Positions 45,470 through 55,456 are shown, counted from the stretch's first letter. The stretch: DNA of 56,891 nt from a virus (IMGVR_UViG_3300024261_000036:1-56891), one strand, 5' to 3'. The notes: generated by a model from the letters alone, not told the origin. Translations and numbers: made by a program.

Positions 45470-46042
45470 CTATACAGTTGTTGCTGCAGCGTTCGTTTCG
45501 TAATCCGTTCCGCTCAAACGAAGCGAGAAGTCAACAGACGTCGTATCGTCAAGAGGGCTGGATGGGCTAAAGCTTGTTGCGAAGCAGTCTCCCCAGATAA
45601 CCTTAACGAGACCAAGGGCAGTTGCGGTTCCATCTGGAATATACCAGAAGTGATACAGATAGCTGTTGAATGCACAGATGAGCATGTTTTCTTGGCAGGT
45701 GTCATCCTCATCATAACGCATGGCCACATCGGCTGTCTCATCGTGAAAGTTAGGGATGTATGTACGAGCTGTTCCATGCACTGGGTTCCCGGAGGCAGGG
45801 GCGCTGTTGTGAACTGTCGTCTCAAGCTCGTCAACATTGCCTGAAATAGAAACATCTACGAGTGATCCACAAACTTGAACGGCTCCCGCGAACGCAGCCA
45901 GCGGAGGAACTGCTGTCCAGGTTACATTCAGTGGGTTTGCGTTATCTACAGTAGCGGTTGCTCCCGCTGTTACACTCCCACCTGCACTCGCGGCATCGAA
46001 CCCCGCCCAAAATTCTCCTAAGCGTCCTGCTATTGCTGTCAT
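45470..46042 (-). CDS. Major tail (tube) protein
   Basis: Position; DELETT, GDCFATSFS and VDFSLRLSG pattern; GAAGGAG SD before ATG 46042. Confidence 0.8.
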   Translation of the reverse strand: MTAIAGRLGEFWAGFDAASAGGSVTAGATATVDNANPLNVTWTAVPPLAAFAGAVQVCGSLVDVSISGNVDELETTVHNSAPASGNPVHGTARTYIPNFHDETADVAMRYDEDDTCQENMLICAFNSYLYHFWYIPDGTATALGLVKVIWGDCFATSFSPSSPLDDTTSVDFSLRLSGTDYETNAAATTV

Positions 46043-46207
46043 TTCAAATCTCCTTCGGGGTCCTATCCCCATAGTTGTCTAAGGACAAAATCCCCTACTT
46101 AACGAAGATGGGGCGGCAGCAGAATGCTGCAATGACCGACAGGGGGGGACGGTCAACACCCCAAGTTTAACCTAGCAAAGCGAAAACCCACTTCCTAGGC
46201 AAAATGG

Positions 46208-46939
46208 TTACGTGACGTTTACTGTCACAGATCCGAGTGCTTCCGAATTCGACTCGTACAGATTGTACAATATGCCGTTTACGGTAGCGGTTGAGGTTAA
46301 AGAAAAGGGTGTGCTAAAGGCCAATGTGCCGATATCGGCAAATGACTCCGGGAATGCATAGTACATCTTCTCTCCAGCCCCTGTAATAAGAGTGAAGGTC
46401 CTATAGCGAAACCCAGAGTATTCCCTGCTGGCCAGTGCCTCAATGAAGGCAGCGCCGCTGCTTCCAGTGGGGCCAATCCCAAAATAAACATATCTATTAA
46501 AGAACTCGTAAGTCAGGTTTACGTTGATGGACCAAAGGTGGTCTCCATCTTCATCCTGCCCCAGATAGTTGGGGGAACCATCGTTTATCTGGGAATCAAC
46601 ATAGGACGCACTGAATGTGTTTCTATTCAATGCGTCCACAATGGCGAATCCAAGGTTTCTGCCATCTTCAAACTTATATTGGTCTCTTCTTATGGATATC
46701 TGCACGTTTGGATACCTTAAAGCGTGCCACTGATACCCGGTGCCAGAAGAGTTTAAAAACGTCTGCGGCCTTCTGCCCTCAAGCTGAAGGCAGAAAACAG
46801 CGTTCCTGGGCATACCTCCGCCCTGCGATGCGCTCGCCGTGGGGCGCATGGGGCCAACAAACAGGTTATCTCCTGTTGTCAGTTGGGGCAGTGTCGCATT
46901 TAAATATGTGGCGACATCAATGTCTGGCTGAACGGTCAT
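46208..46939 (-). CDS. Tail terminator with extra C-terminal beta domain
   Basis: LFVGPM, YPNVQISIR, YLGQDEDG..WSIN pattern; ~95-aa extension. Confidence 0.7.
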   Translation of the reverse strand: MTVQPDIDVATYLNATLPQLTTGDNLFVGPMRPTASASQGGGMPRNAVFCLQLEGRRPQTFLNSSGTGYQWHALRYPNVQISIRRDQYKFEDGRNLGFAIVDALNRNTFSASYVDSQINDGSPNYLGQDEDGDHLWSINVNLTYEFFNRYVYFGIGPTGSSGAAFIEALASREYSGFRYRTFTLITGAGEKMYYAFPESFADIGTLAFSTPFSLTSTATVNGILYNLYESNSEALGSVTVNVT

Positions 46940-46973
46940 TCTGCCATATCCTTTGTTCCATCATCGTAAGCAA

Positions 46974-47465
46974 TCAAAACGGAACCTCCTCTTCCTCGCC
47001 GCCGTGCCTGCTTTTGCTTCTATCTGCCAGGGGACCCGGAGATCCCTTCTTGTCTGCGAGTGTCGCTTTCACTGCCCCGCTCTCGGCTCGCTCAAGGACC
47101 CTGCTTTCTAGGCTTTTGTCGTAGGCGGGACCATGGAAAACGTAATCGAATGGCCTCTGCAGATAACGGCTAAGTTTTCCGTGATGGAAGGTATACCCCT
47201 TGACATTCTCGTGAACCTCCATCGCGTGCTCTTCGTCATAGGATATCTCGACGCGAATTGAGTCCAGCCCCTCCGTCACCTTGAGCTTTCCAGATGACCT
47301 CAGATCGCCAGATAGCACGGGAACATCTTCTTGGCTTTCCTCAAAAACCGTTACCGCGTCCTCATACACTTCGCTTTTAAGCGCGGATATGACCTTGGGG
47401 CCAAGGTTGGACATTTTGTCCATGAGATTGTTTAGGTCCTTTTTACCCACGTAAGACTTGGACAT
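46974..47465 (-). CDS. Neck/tail completion protein (HK97 gp10-like)
   Basis: SQEDVPVLSGDLRSSG, A.EVHE, YLQRPF. Confidence 0.8.
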   Translation of the reverse strand: MSKSYVGKKDLNNLMDKMSNLGPKVISALKSEVYEDAVTVFEESQEDVPVLSGDLRSSGKLKVTEGLDSIRVEISYDEEHAMEVHENVKGYTFHHGKLSRYLQRPFDYVFHGPAYDKSLESRVLERAESGAVKATLADKKGSPGPLADRSKSRHGGEEEEVPF

Positions 47466-47473
47466 TCCGGCTC

Positions 47474-47797
47474 CTAGAAATACAGATGGTAAATGACGAG
47501 ACTGCCATTTGGAGTTTGAGCTGTTTTGACGTTCATGGGCGTTAAGGATTCTTCATTGCTGGAGGTATCCTTGCCGGGCAGCCATACTCGGTCATAAAGA
47601 CCAACGGGCACGCCCGTAACAACCTGAGTCTCGCTTACTCTTTCCTCGCCGTTCTTATCCCGGATGACCTCCATGCTGGATTCGACTCTGGCCTTCAACG
47701 GACTGGTTGCTGCCGCATATTGCGGTTCACCAAAGTTGTTCCGGCCCGAATAGGCCTGGACCAATATCTCCTGGGTGAGCATTCCGGCAAATGACAT
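47474..47797 (-). CDS. Head closure/stopper protein
   Basis: NNFGEPQY, ARVE, RDKNGEE.VS pattern; position. Confidence 0.75.
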   Translation of the reverse strand: MSFAGMLTQEILVQAYSGRNNFGEPQYAAATSPLKARVESSMEVIRDKNGEERVSETQVVTGVPVGLYDRVWLPGKDTSSNEESLTPMNVKTAQTPNGSLVIYHLYF

Positions 47798-48489
47798 TAT
47801 GCCCCCGGAATGTGCCGATGCGGCACCAGCATTTGGATTACTTCTTGAGGGAAGGATGACGCGGGATAAAGATTGTGAAGGGTCGCCTCTCCGAGGCCAG
47901 TCTTTTCGTAGGTGACCTTATAGGACATTAGGTCTTCGCTCTTTACGGTCCGGTCCCTGCCGCGCATGCGGTAATCACTAGATACTGCAATGGTTGCTGC
48001 TCTTTCGATATCCGCTGGCAAGGTTGGGTTTGCGGACGCGGGCAAGTCGTAGCCGCCGTCATAGGTAACCTTGACAGAAGGCCACTCTTGACCCGAGATG
48101 GGGTCTGGTTTAATGGTTTGGGTTAGCGGGGCAGTCCATGGCCACCCTGCTGGATAATATAAAATGCCTGCGTTTGCGTTTTCGATGATGATTTCACTTA
48201 TATCAAACGGGTAGTATATAGCAGGCGTTGCTATTTGCATCAGCTCTACCGAGGTCACCGAGAGTACCGGAGTCCGGCTCACTCTAATCTTATAGTTGCC
48301 GTAGCCAGGTATTATCTCTTCGTGACCTGTGACCTTGCTGAGCGTGCGCTGAAGGAACACTTCTATCTGCGAGGACACAGCATTGATCAGCATCGTTAAA
48401 TATCTATCATTAGATACATCGGTGCTGGCGATGCCAAGCTCAAGCTTCACATCTTGCAATGTTGTAAGAGCGTTACTGGCTAGAGCCAT
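47797..48489 (-). CDS. Head-tail connector (gp6/gp15-like adaptor)
   Basis: ALTTLQDVKLELG...D..L..LI.AVS..IE; VTY.GGY; LPADIERA. Confidence 0.8.
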   Translation of the reverse strand: MALASNALTTLQDVKLELGIASTDVSNDRYLTMLINAVSSQIEVFLQRTLSKVTGHEEIIPGYGNYKIRVSRTPVLSVTSVELMQIATPAIYYPFDISEIIIENANAGILYYPAGWPWTAPLTQTIKPDPISGQEWPSVKVTYDGGYDLPASANPTLPADIERAATIAVSSDYRMRGRDRTVKSEDLMSYKVTYEKTGLGEATLHNLYPASSFPQEVIQMLVPHRHIPGA

Positions 48490-48764
48490 CAGTCTCCTCT
48501 TTTCCTAGTCTTGGCCTTCTTCTTCTTTTTCTTTTTCACGACCGGCTTTTCCTCTTCCTCCGGCTCGGAAACGGGAGGAGATGGCACGATCACCGGCTCA
48601 GGACTAGCTGCCTTCACCACCGGGGGGGACTCAACTGCAGTCGTAAAGTATTGGGCAACGCCCGTTCTTACATATTTGTCTGCAATGCGCTGGTCGAAAC
48701 CAGCTTTGTCTCCCTCGTTGTAGGGTGAATAACATCTAATAAACTGAATCGTTACTCTTGCCAT
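48489..48764 (-). CDS. Small head-module protein with Pro/Lys-rich tail
   Basis: YNEGD.AGF....A..YV..GVA motif common after capsid genes. Confidence 0.65.
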   Translation of the reverse strand: MARVTIQFIRCYSPYNEGDKAGFDQRIADKYVRTGVAQYFTTAVESPPVVKAASPEPVIVPSPPVSEPEEEEKPVVKKKKKKKAKTRKRGD

Positions 48765-48784
48765 CTCCAAACCCCTTTTACCTG

Positions 48785-49279
48785 TTAAACAGGTTTCCGC
48801 ACGTTACCGGTGCTGATTGCTGCGCAGTGATAATCCACCGTGTCAGCAGCGCCACTGATCGTCCACAAAGCTTGAACACGAACATGTCGTCGCAAGCGAT
48901 GAAGAGGCACAGTGAACGCAAAACTACCAGCCTGTGTTGCGTTATCGAGAGAGATAACGGGGTTGGCGGGCAAGCCGTCAGCTCCGTCAGCAGCTCCCAT
49001 GAACACATCAGCAGCTACGTCAGCGAAAGCACCGGGAGTCCCAGTGCCATCATCGGCAGCATCCTGGAGCGTAAGGGCCAGGGTTGCAGTTTCAGCTACA
49101 GCAATCGTTCCAGCAGCATCACATTGGATGATAGCTGAGCCGAGTTGCTGGTCGCCAGCGGGAATGGTGTCAACAGAGGCACCATCAGCTTCGGGGTCGC
49201 CAGTGGCGAACCTTGCTTGTTGTAGCAGGTTCGATAAGACATAAGCCCCTGCGTCATGAATATTTGATACTCCAGACAT
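48785..49279 (-). CDS. Putative capsid decoration/cement protein
   Basis: Directly after the capsid gene; LTLQDA.D...FADV and RRHVRV pattern. Confidence 0.65.
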   Translation of the reverse strand: MSGVSNIHDAGAYVLSNLLQQARFATGDPEADGASVDTIPAGDQQLGSAIIQCDAAGTIAVAETATLALTLQDAADDGTGTPGAFADVAADVFMGAADGADGLPANPVISLDNATQAGSFAFTVPLHRLRRHVRVQALWTISGAADTVDYHCAAISTGNVRKPV

Positions 49280-49307
49280 ATTTTACTCCTTAAGGCTTAA
49301 GCCCGTG

Positions 49308-50546
49308 TTAGATGCCCCAATCGACGTCAGTGATGACTGCGATTTCGTTTCCTCGTTGACGTGCGCCAAAATCGTGCCGTGCGATTGCTCGGATCACAGT
49401 TTGGTCAGTGCTGATGCCGGATACAACTCCAGCGCCATCATTGAATGCGCCACCCTCGTAAACGCTGACTTGCAGGCTGCTGCTTTCAGCGATAACCAGG
49501 CTGCCAAAACTAGCGAAGTAAACTTCAGTTTGGTTTCCAGGGCCACCAAGGTTGGTCGGGATCTGAGTGGTGGTTTCGTAGCGAAAACCGAGCAAGTTGC
49601 CGCGAAGCATCTCGTCCCGATAAACGAACTGACCATTCACATCACGGATACGCATAAGACCAGACTTCGTTCGAGGAGTCATGATCCAACCCGCAGTGTC
49701 GAGAGGAATGTTGTTGTTTTCAAGTAACAGCATTGCGTTGAAAAGATCGTCAGTGATCTCATCAAGCGTTGCAGCTCCAGGGCCACCAGCAGCAGTACGT
49801 GCAAAGACGTTAGCAGCAGGAGCCCAGTTACGCATACCCTTTGGAGTATTGCCAGCACCCGTGTCACGGATAAAAGCAATATCTTCGCGGAGAGACATAG
49901 TGCGAACCATGTCGTTGCGTACCAATGAATCAACGCTGAAGGAAGAATCCGAAAGGAGGTCATTGGAAATCGGAACCAAGTTAACAAGCTTCTTGGCAGA
50001 CAAGGTGAGCTGACCGTATGAGGGCTGGCTCGGTGGAATGTTTTGAAGCTCTCCAATATAGCTAGCGGTGCTGGCGGTATCTTGGAAAGGCATCGTCAAC
50101 GAACCACGGTTCATGGGGATGCTTTGTGCTCCAAGGGAACGCACAACAGTCTTAGCACGAAGAAGAGGGATCAACTCGTTCATGAACTCTTCAGGAACAA
50201 GGGCACCACCAGCGGCGAAGACACTTTCGTTCAAGCTCTTTGCCATGTAGTCGTCGCCCCAGCCTTTTGCGATTTTAGCCGCACGCTCTGGGTCGCCTTT
50301 ACCGGCAGCCAAAAGACGAAGGTACCGAGCAGCCATCACACCTTTTTCATGGGTGCGAGTATGGATAGCGGCAGACTCTTCCTTGCCAACGAAAGCATTT
50401 GCATACTTACGCTCGACTCGTTCTTTGTTATTTTTAGCGAGGGTTTCTACTTCCTCTTTCAGGGACTTGAGCTGCGCGACAACATCAGTGTTGTCAACAG
50501 CCTCATCCACAATCGATTGCACATCATCTTTATTATCGATGCTCAT
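49308..50546 (-). CDS. Major capsid protein, HK97 fold
   Basis: GGALVPEEF, IGE, PISNDLL.DS, REDIAFI, NTPKG, GWIMTP, AIARHDF. Confidence 0.95.
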   Translation of the reverse strand: MSIDNKDDVQSIVDEAVDNTDVVAQLKSLKEEVETLAKNNKERVERKYANAFVGKEESAAIHTRTHEKGVMAARYLRLLAAGKGDPERAAKIAKGWGDDYMAKSLNESVFAAGGALVPEEFMNELIPLLRAKTVVRSLGAQSIPMNRGSLTMPFQDTASTASYIGELQNIPPSQPSYGQLTLSAKKLVNLVPISNDLLSDSSFSVDSLVRNDMVRTMSLREDIAFIRDTGAGNTPKGMRNWAPAANVFARTAAGGPGAATLDEITDDLFNAMLLLENNNIPLDTAGWIMTPRTKSGLMRIRDVNGQFVYRDEMLRGNLLGFRYETTTQIPTNLGGPGNQTEVYFASFGSLVIAESSSLQVSVYEGGAFNDGAGVVSGISTDQTVIRAIARHDFGARQRGNEIAVITDVDWGI

Positions 50547-51709
50547 CGGTCTACTCCTCTGCTGATCTCACCGACTAGGCTCTTCAGCTCTTGGGTTAAA
50601 GACAAGACTCTTCGCTCAAATGTAGCCTGCGCTAATCTTCGCAAATCGTCATCGTTTGTTTCTACCTCATCTTGCGAATCGGCTTCTTTTGCCTGACCTG
50701 CGTCAAGCGTAAGTTCTTTTTCTTTTTCTTCGTCGTCACGGTCGGCGGAGGACTCTGTCGCCTCCAGCAGCTCATTCGGGATCGGCTCTCCGTCGCGGCC
50801 AATGCTGGACGCCAGCTCCTCGGCATCTGCGGACCTTTCTTCTGCTTTCGCCTCGTGGGACTCTTCCACTGCGTCTTCCTCGTGGGTGAAATGCTCATGC
50901 GCATCTTCTACGATAGACTTCAACTGCGGGGCCCTCTCTTCGGCCTTCTCCTCGACTCTAAACATGTCGAGCTGAATGGATGAATCTTTATTCAGAATGA
51001 AAACCTTGGAGGACGAGTTCTTTCTGACTTCCTCAAGTAAGTGCCGGGGGAGGATCAAGGAACCCTCACCGTCAAGGATTTTCTCTGCCCATGTAACCAT
51101 CGGAGCCAGGTCAATCCCGGAGCTGCGGGCCTGGACCAAGCCTTCAGGGTTGCTTGGCACTGGAACCGCAGACCACTCCAAAAGCTTCTGGGACTTAAAG
51201 TCAACGGGGGAGAACCCCTCCCTCTCTCTGTTGATTTCGTATTCAACTGGCAAGAAACCTACTGACGCCCCATGAAGAAAACCATTTTTATAAAGACGTC
51301 CAACCATATTCCCAAAAGGATAAAGGTCTCTAGAGGGGAACTCGGCAACAGACATAAGGTGGACTGCATCTTCTCCCACGTTCTTTGAAACGGTTTCAGC
51401 AAGATAAGTAGCATTAGCCTTAGCCACAGGTGGAGCTGAAGAGTCATGTGCCCATAGGACGACAGGGTTTTTCTTGTATTCAGACAAGTCCCAGCCGCTT
51501 TGCTCAATCGTGTCGCCGTCGCGGTCAATGTGCCCCGTAGAGATGGTAAAGAAAAGCTTGACACCGTTCTCCTCGGCTTCGCCGTCCCCTTCGCCGTCAA
51601 CAGAGACTTCCATGAACTTGCGAACGCCGTCAGAAGACTCTATCTCCTTTTCGTACTGTTCCTCGTCGCTGGTGTCAAATTTCTTGCTCGTGATATCAAG
51701 CCACTTCAT
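50543..51709 (-). CDS. HK97-family prohead protease with acidic C-terminal (scaffold-like) extension
   Basis: IDRDGD, NPVVLWAHD, ASVGF, LLEWSAVPVPSNP. Confidence 0.92.
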   Translation of the reverse strand: MKWLDITSKKFDTSDEEQYEKEIESSDGVRKFMEVSVDGEGDGEAEENGVKLFFTISTGHIDRDGDTIEQSGWDLSEYKKNPVVLWAHDSSAPPVAKANATYLAETVSKNVGEDAVHLMSVAEFPSRDLYPFGNMVGRLYKNGFLHGASVGFLPVEYEINREREGFSPVDFKSQKLLEWSAVPVPSNPEGLVQARSSGIDLAPMVTWAEKILDGEGSLILPRHLLEEVRKNSSSKVFILNKDSSIQLDMFRVEEKAEERAPQLKSIVEDAHEHFTHEEDAVEESHEAKAEERSADAEELASSIGRDGEPIPNELLEATESSADRDDEEKEKELTLDAGQAKEADSQDEVETNDDDLRRLAQATFERRVLSLTQELKSLVGEISRGVDR

Positions 51710-53081
51710 AGCTCTCCTCCAGTTCGTCTTCGTTTTCGCCGTCCTGGACGTTGTCCTCGATGACTTCTTCGTCTTCTTCTTGGTCGGGCGACAGATCTGT
51801 TAGCTCTTCGGTCAATGCACCGTTAAGGGGTACCCAGTGGACCTCGCCCTCGTCGCCAGGGAGCGGGGCGTGTTCTGCCATCCCGCGTATCTCGTTTACC
51901 GTAAAAGCAAACGGGAAAGCTTTGGCAACGCCAAGGTTATGGTCTTTGTCTTCTGGGACTGGGTTTATGTATTCGATAAGTATGTCATCACCAAACATGG
52001 GCGCGAGGTACTTCTGCATCTCAGTTCGCCAGAACTCAAGACGCGGTACGATCACCCACTTGGTGAAAAGATAATCGGCACTCTCGATAGTGGCGCGGTT
52101 GCTGTTTTCGAGGATGCCGAGTATTTCGGGAGGAACACCAAAAGTGTTCACAATAATGTCCCGCTCGAACTCTCTGAACTGGACAAGTTGTTGGTCTGCA
52201 AATGTTTGCCCAAGCTGCGTCACCTGCATCTCGCCGGAGTGCCAGTGGGAACCATACGCTCGCTTGAACCCACGGTGGTTGTCTTCCCACGACTGCTTGG
52301 CTCCACGGAGCTGGTCTTCGGACGCACCCTTAACTCCCACAAGGAGGTCAGGTGTGGCCCGATTGTAGAACCAGGACTTCACATGCTTGGCTGCGAACTC
52401 GTCCGCATCCAGCTCGTCACCGAGAGACTGGCCGATACCTGTACCGCGACTATAGGGATTGCTTGGATCACAAACCTTGAGCCAGAGCATGTCGCCCTCT
52501 TCGACGATCATATCTGTGGTACCGTACTGTACTCGGTAATACGGGGTCTGTGCGCTGGGTATATCCACCACCCATGTTGGCGGAAGGTTCCACAGCTCCC
52601 TTGGGGTTCCGTTCTCATCTCTTTCAATGAGGAGGAACGTCTCACCTACAAGCTCAAGGTGCGTCTGGCACAAAATGCGTATCTGCCGGCCCGTCATCAT
52701 CGGGTTTCCATCGCAAAGCAGGTCGGACATGGGGCTATCCATGCCGATAAGCTGCGAATGCCCCTGGATGTAATCTTTTAAGATCTTTTGGCGGACCTCT
52801 GTGGATGGTGCGAGCTTCAGCCTGCGCTGAACTCCGGGCATAGATTGGTCCACAACCACCCACTGGGTTGACGCTGTAGCTGTTGCTATCCGATCAACAA
52901 CACTTCTGAGCCAGGGGAGCGTCTTATACGATGCTAAAAGCTCCGGGGTACCACGCTTTGGGGCAGTCCCATACTGAAGAACAGAAGACAGCAGACCATA
53001 CGCGGGATCGCTTGGTTCCGGGAGACCCTTTGGTGCCGGACTGGAGAATATGCTTTTCCATTTGTCAAGAAAACTCGCCAT
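51696..53081 (-). CDS. Portal protein, HK97 family
   Basis: LELVGETF, ELWNLPP..V, FGVPPEILG, NRATIE, TVNEIR. Confidence 0.93.
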   Translation of the reverse strand: MASFLDKWKSIFSSPAPKGLPEPSDPAYGLLSSVLQYGTAPKRGTPELLASYKTLPWLRSVVDRIATATASTQWVVVDQSMPGVQRRLKLAPSTEVRQKILKDYIQGHSQLIGMDSPMSDLLCDGNPMMTGRQIRILCQTHLELVGETFLLIERDENGTPRELWNLPPTWVVDIPSAQTPYYRVQYGTTDMIVEEGDMLWLKVCDPSNPYSRGTGIGQSLGDELDADEFAAKHVKSWFYNRATPDLLVGVKGASEDQLRGAKQSWEDNHRGFKRAYGSHWHSGEMQVTQLGQTFADQQLVQFREFERDIIVNTFGVPPEILGILENSNRATIESADYLFTKWVIVPRLEFWRTEMQKYLAPMFGDDILIEYINPVPEDKDHNLGVAKAFPFAFTVNEIRGMAEHAPLPGDEGEVHWVPLNGALTEELTDLSPDQEEDEEVIEDNVQDGENEDELEESYEVA

Positions 53082-53174
53082 GAATTCAACCTATAGATGA
53101 AAAACCCCAAATACAAGCAAAGAACAACACTGTTATTACTTTTGTCAGAACATTGTATAACGGTGGATGTCGTC

Positions 53175-54569
53175 CTACACAAAGAAAAACTCCTGCACGC
53201 CCTCGTCAGCCAGTGCCATGACCACGGCGTCTGCCTCATCTGGCGACTTAACCCCTCGTTTCTTCATATCTTCTTTCGATTCTATCTGGAGCAGCCCCCT
53301 TGAGTTTATCTTGAAGCGGATGGCCGTCAACTGCGCCAGCAGGGATTGTGAGCTGGGCATAAATACCCGGTAGTCGCCGTTGGGATCTAACTTCTTCCTC
53401 GCCGTGAAGTACCATTCAGCCCTCTTGTTAAGGTAACGCTCGTTCTCCGTGGCCCGCATTCCACCCCGCATTTCCACCACCACGTTCCCGAGTTGCTCCC
53501 TTAGCCGGTCGAACACCCCGGCTCCAAGTCCGTCTGCATCTACCCGTATTTCGTCCACATTCTGGAACGCCCCCTTGTCATTGAATGCCTTGATGATATG
53601 CCCCACTGTCTCCATAGTGTCTGCCTTTGGGGCGCGGACCACCTCCGTTATGCCGTCTTCACTTGCGAACGCGAACACCGTATGATCGGCTCCGAATCGG
53701 GCCACATCAACAGCCATAACCAGTCGCTTCTTGCTTCCCACCTTATTATTCTCGTAGCGGGACATCGCAGCCTCAGCCCAGGATAGCGGCACCACTACTG
53801 AATCCGCAGCCTCTGGGAAGTTGCCCATCACACGGCTCTGCCACATTGGGGTGCTTTCGTCCCACTCAGCCTTGCGCTCATCCACCCATTCCTTGGTGCA
53901 TAATCCAGGGATAAGAGACTTGCCAGCCTTGACATTGGGAACGTCATACGCGCTGATGTGGAACTTCGCGATGTTCTCACTATCTGTCTTAAACAGGTTG
54001 TAGAATGGGCCAGACGTTTCGGTGGGGTTGCCAATGCAGAGCAGCCGGTCGTGCTCACCTACGATAACACCCCGTGCCGCGTCCCAGATATCAGGCGCAA
54101 TGCCGGGTGCCTCATCGAAGATGGCGAGTATTCCCCCAGGGCTATGCCAACCTTGGAAGCTCGTGGGGTCATCCGTACTAAAACCCACGCATAACCATTC
54201 ATCGTCCACCACCAGCCGGGGCGCTTTTGGCAACAGCTCACCACCCAGCCCAGGTCCTCCGACTATCTGCTCCGCCCTCTTGTGGGACTTGCGTATCTCC
54301 TTCCATAGAAGGTCCGTAACCTGCCGACCCGTTGGTGCCGTCGTTATAACGGTGGAGAATGGTCTCGTATAAAGCCACCAAAGTGCGAGCTGGGCCGCAA
54401 GGAATGTCTTTCCGCTTCCATGACAACTGCGGACGGCTACGATGCGGTGGTCGTTTAGGCCGTTTGCGATTTGGATCTGCTTTTCCCAGAGCTTTGCGCC
54501 GAGGACGTGCTCGATAAAAAGCTCTGGTCTTTCCTGTAGTTCTACTACTTGCTTCCTGCTTAGATTCAT
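53175..54569 (-). CDS. terL: Terminase large subunit
   Basis: Walker A SCHGSGKT, TAPT..Q, FDEA, IGNP, VDVARFGAD, KSPDEADA. Confidence 0.95.
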   Translation of the reverse strand: MNLSRKQVVELQERPELFIEHVLGAKLWEKQIQIANGLNDHRIVAVRSCHGSGKTFLAAQLALWWLYTRPFSTVITTAPTGRQVTDLLWKEIRKSHKRAEQIVGGPGLGGELLPKAPRLVVDDEWLCVGFSTDDPTSFQGWHSPGGILAIFDEAPGIAPDIWDAARGVIVGEHDRLLCIGNPTETSGPFYNLFKTDSENIAKFHISAYDVPNVKAGKSLIPGLCTKEWVDERKAEWDESTPMWQSRVMGNFPEAADSVVVPLSWAEAAMSRYENNKVGSKKRLVMAVDVARFGADHTVFAFASEDGITEVVRAPKADTMETVGHIIKAFNDKGAFQNVDEIRVDADGLGAGVFDRLREQLGNVVVEMRGGMRATENERYLNKRAEWYFTARKKLDPNGDYRVFMPSSQSLLAQLTAIRFKINSRGLLQIESKEDMKKRGVKSPDEADAVVMALADEGVQEFFFV

Positions 54570-54625
54570 TCCTAAATTCCCCTGTCTTGATTTATGGACT
54601 GTTATAACTGTATAAGAACATATAT

Positions 54626-54868
54626 ATGCCATACGACAACAATGGTAAATGCATACACCTCTATAAACAAATGGGGCGTCATGATGATGGGAAAATATTC
54701 CGCTGCGAACACTGCGGAGTAGCGGTGAAAGCGAAGGAGAATAAGCCTATGTTTGACAGTGACATGCGGCTGCTGCGTGATGACGAGGCGATGGGCAATG
54801 ACGAAGAAAAAACCAGCATCGGAATGGGTGATAAAAAAGCACATCCCGGAGATCCTGAGGCTATATGA
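54626..54868 (+). CDS. Possible small Cys/His protein
   Basis: CIH...CEHC; overlaps the next ORF by 71 nt. Confidence 0.45.
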   Translation: MPYDNNGKCIHLYKQMGRHDDGKIFRCEHCGVAVKAKENKPMFDSDMRLLRDDEAMGNDEEKTSIGMGDKKAHPGDPEAI

Positions 54869-55037
54869 GGAGAAAAAGGGCATATGCTCTATTGCTGTTC
54901 GCCTTGGCATTTCAGCTCGCCTGGTACGTTTCGTTCTTGACGGTCGTCCAGACCCAATTACAGGGGAGATTATAGATTATCATGGCTCTTGCGGGGCTTG
55001 CGACACTTTTTCTGTGGCAATGCGGCGTCATGATTGA
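54798..55037 (+). CDS. Small HTH DNA-binding protein
   Basis: EILRLYEEKKGICSIAVRLGISARLVRFVL is an HTH pattern. Confidence 0.6.
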   Translation: MTKKKPASEWVIKKHIPEILRLYEEKKGICSIAVRLGISARLVRFVLDGRPDPITGEIIDYHGSCGACDTFSVAMRRHD

Positions 55038-55100
55038 TTTAATGGGGTGTATATTCGAAGTATCGTCGGGTGCGACCCGATAGCCAAAAGGAGACGGCTT

Positions 55101-55382
55101 GTGACACCATGGATATCTTTAGGAATAAGTAGCTGCGCAAGCCTGGTGTTTATCGGAATAGCCTGGGGAACGCTGAGGTCCGAGGTCAAGCAAAACGCAC
55201 TGCAACTGAAAGACACGACAGAAAGCATGAAAGAACAGATAGATGAAATCAAGCGCACCAAGACCTCCAACGAGAGGATGAACGCATTTGAAGACCGCAT
55301 CGACCGCTTCGAAGAAAGTCTCAATGAGAAGATTGATGAAATCAAAGAGTCTCTTAAAGATCTGCAGCGCAGGGGTTCCTGA
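55101..55382 (+). CDS. N-terminal TM plus coiled-coil protein (holin-like or spanin-like)
   Basis: AGGAG SD before GTG 55101; WISLGISSCASLVFIGIAW followed by heptad repeats. Confidence 0.65.
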   Translation: MTPWISLGISSCASLVFIGIAWGTLRSEVKQNALQLKDTTESMKEQIDEIKRTKTSNERMNAFEDRIDRFEESLNEKIDEIKESLKDLQRRGS

Positions 55383-55421
55383 CACATTGTAAAGAAAATA
55401 GTGCGACATAAGTACAAAAAG

Positions 55422-55450
55422 TTGCAAATGATGGAAGTTGCATATATTGT
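55422..55450 (+). promoter_or_regulatory. Putative sigma70 promoter
   Basis: TTGCAA, 17 nt, TATTGT with A-rich upstream sequence. Confidence 0.6.
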
Positions 55451-55456
55451 AAAAGC

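Noticed and set aside
51837-52781. 314-aa plus-strand ORF
   Set aside because: Antisense to the well-conserved portal gene; no recognisable motifs.
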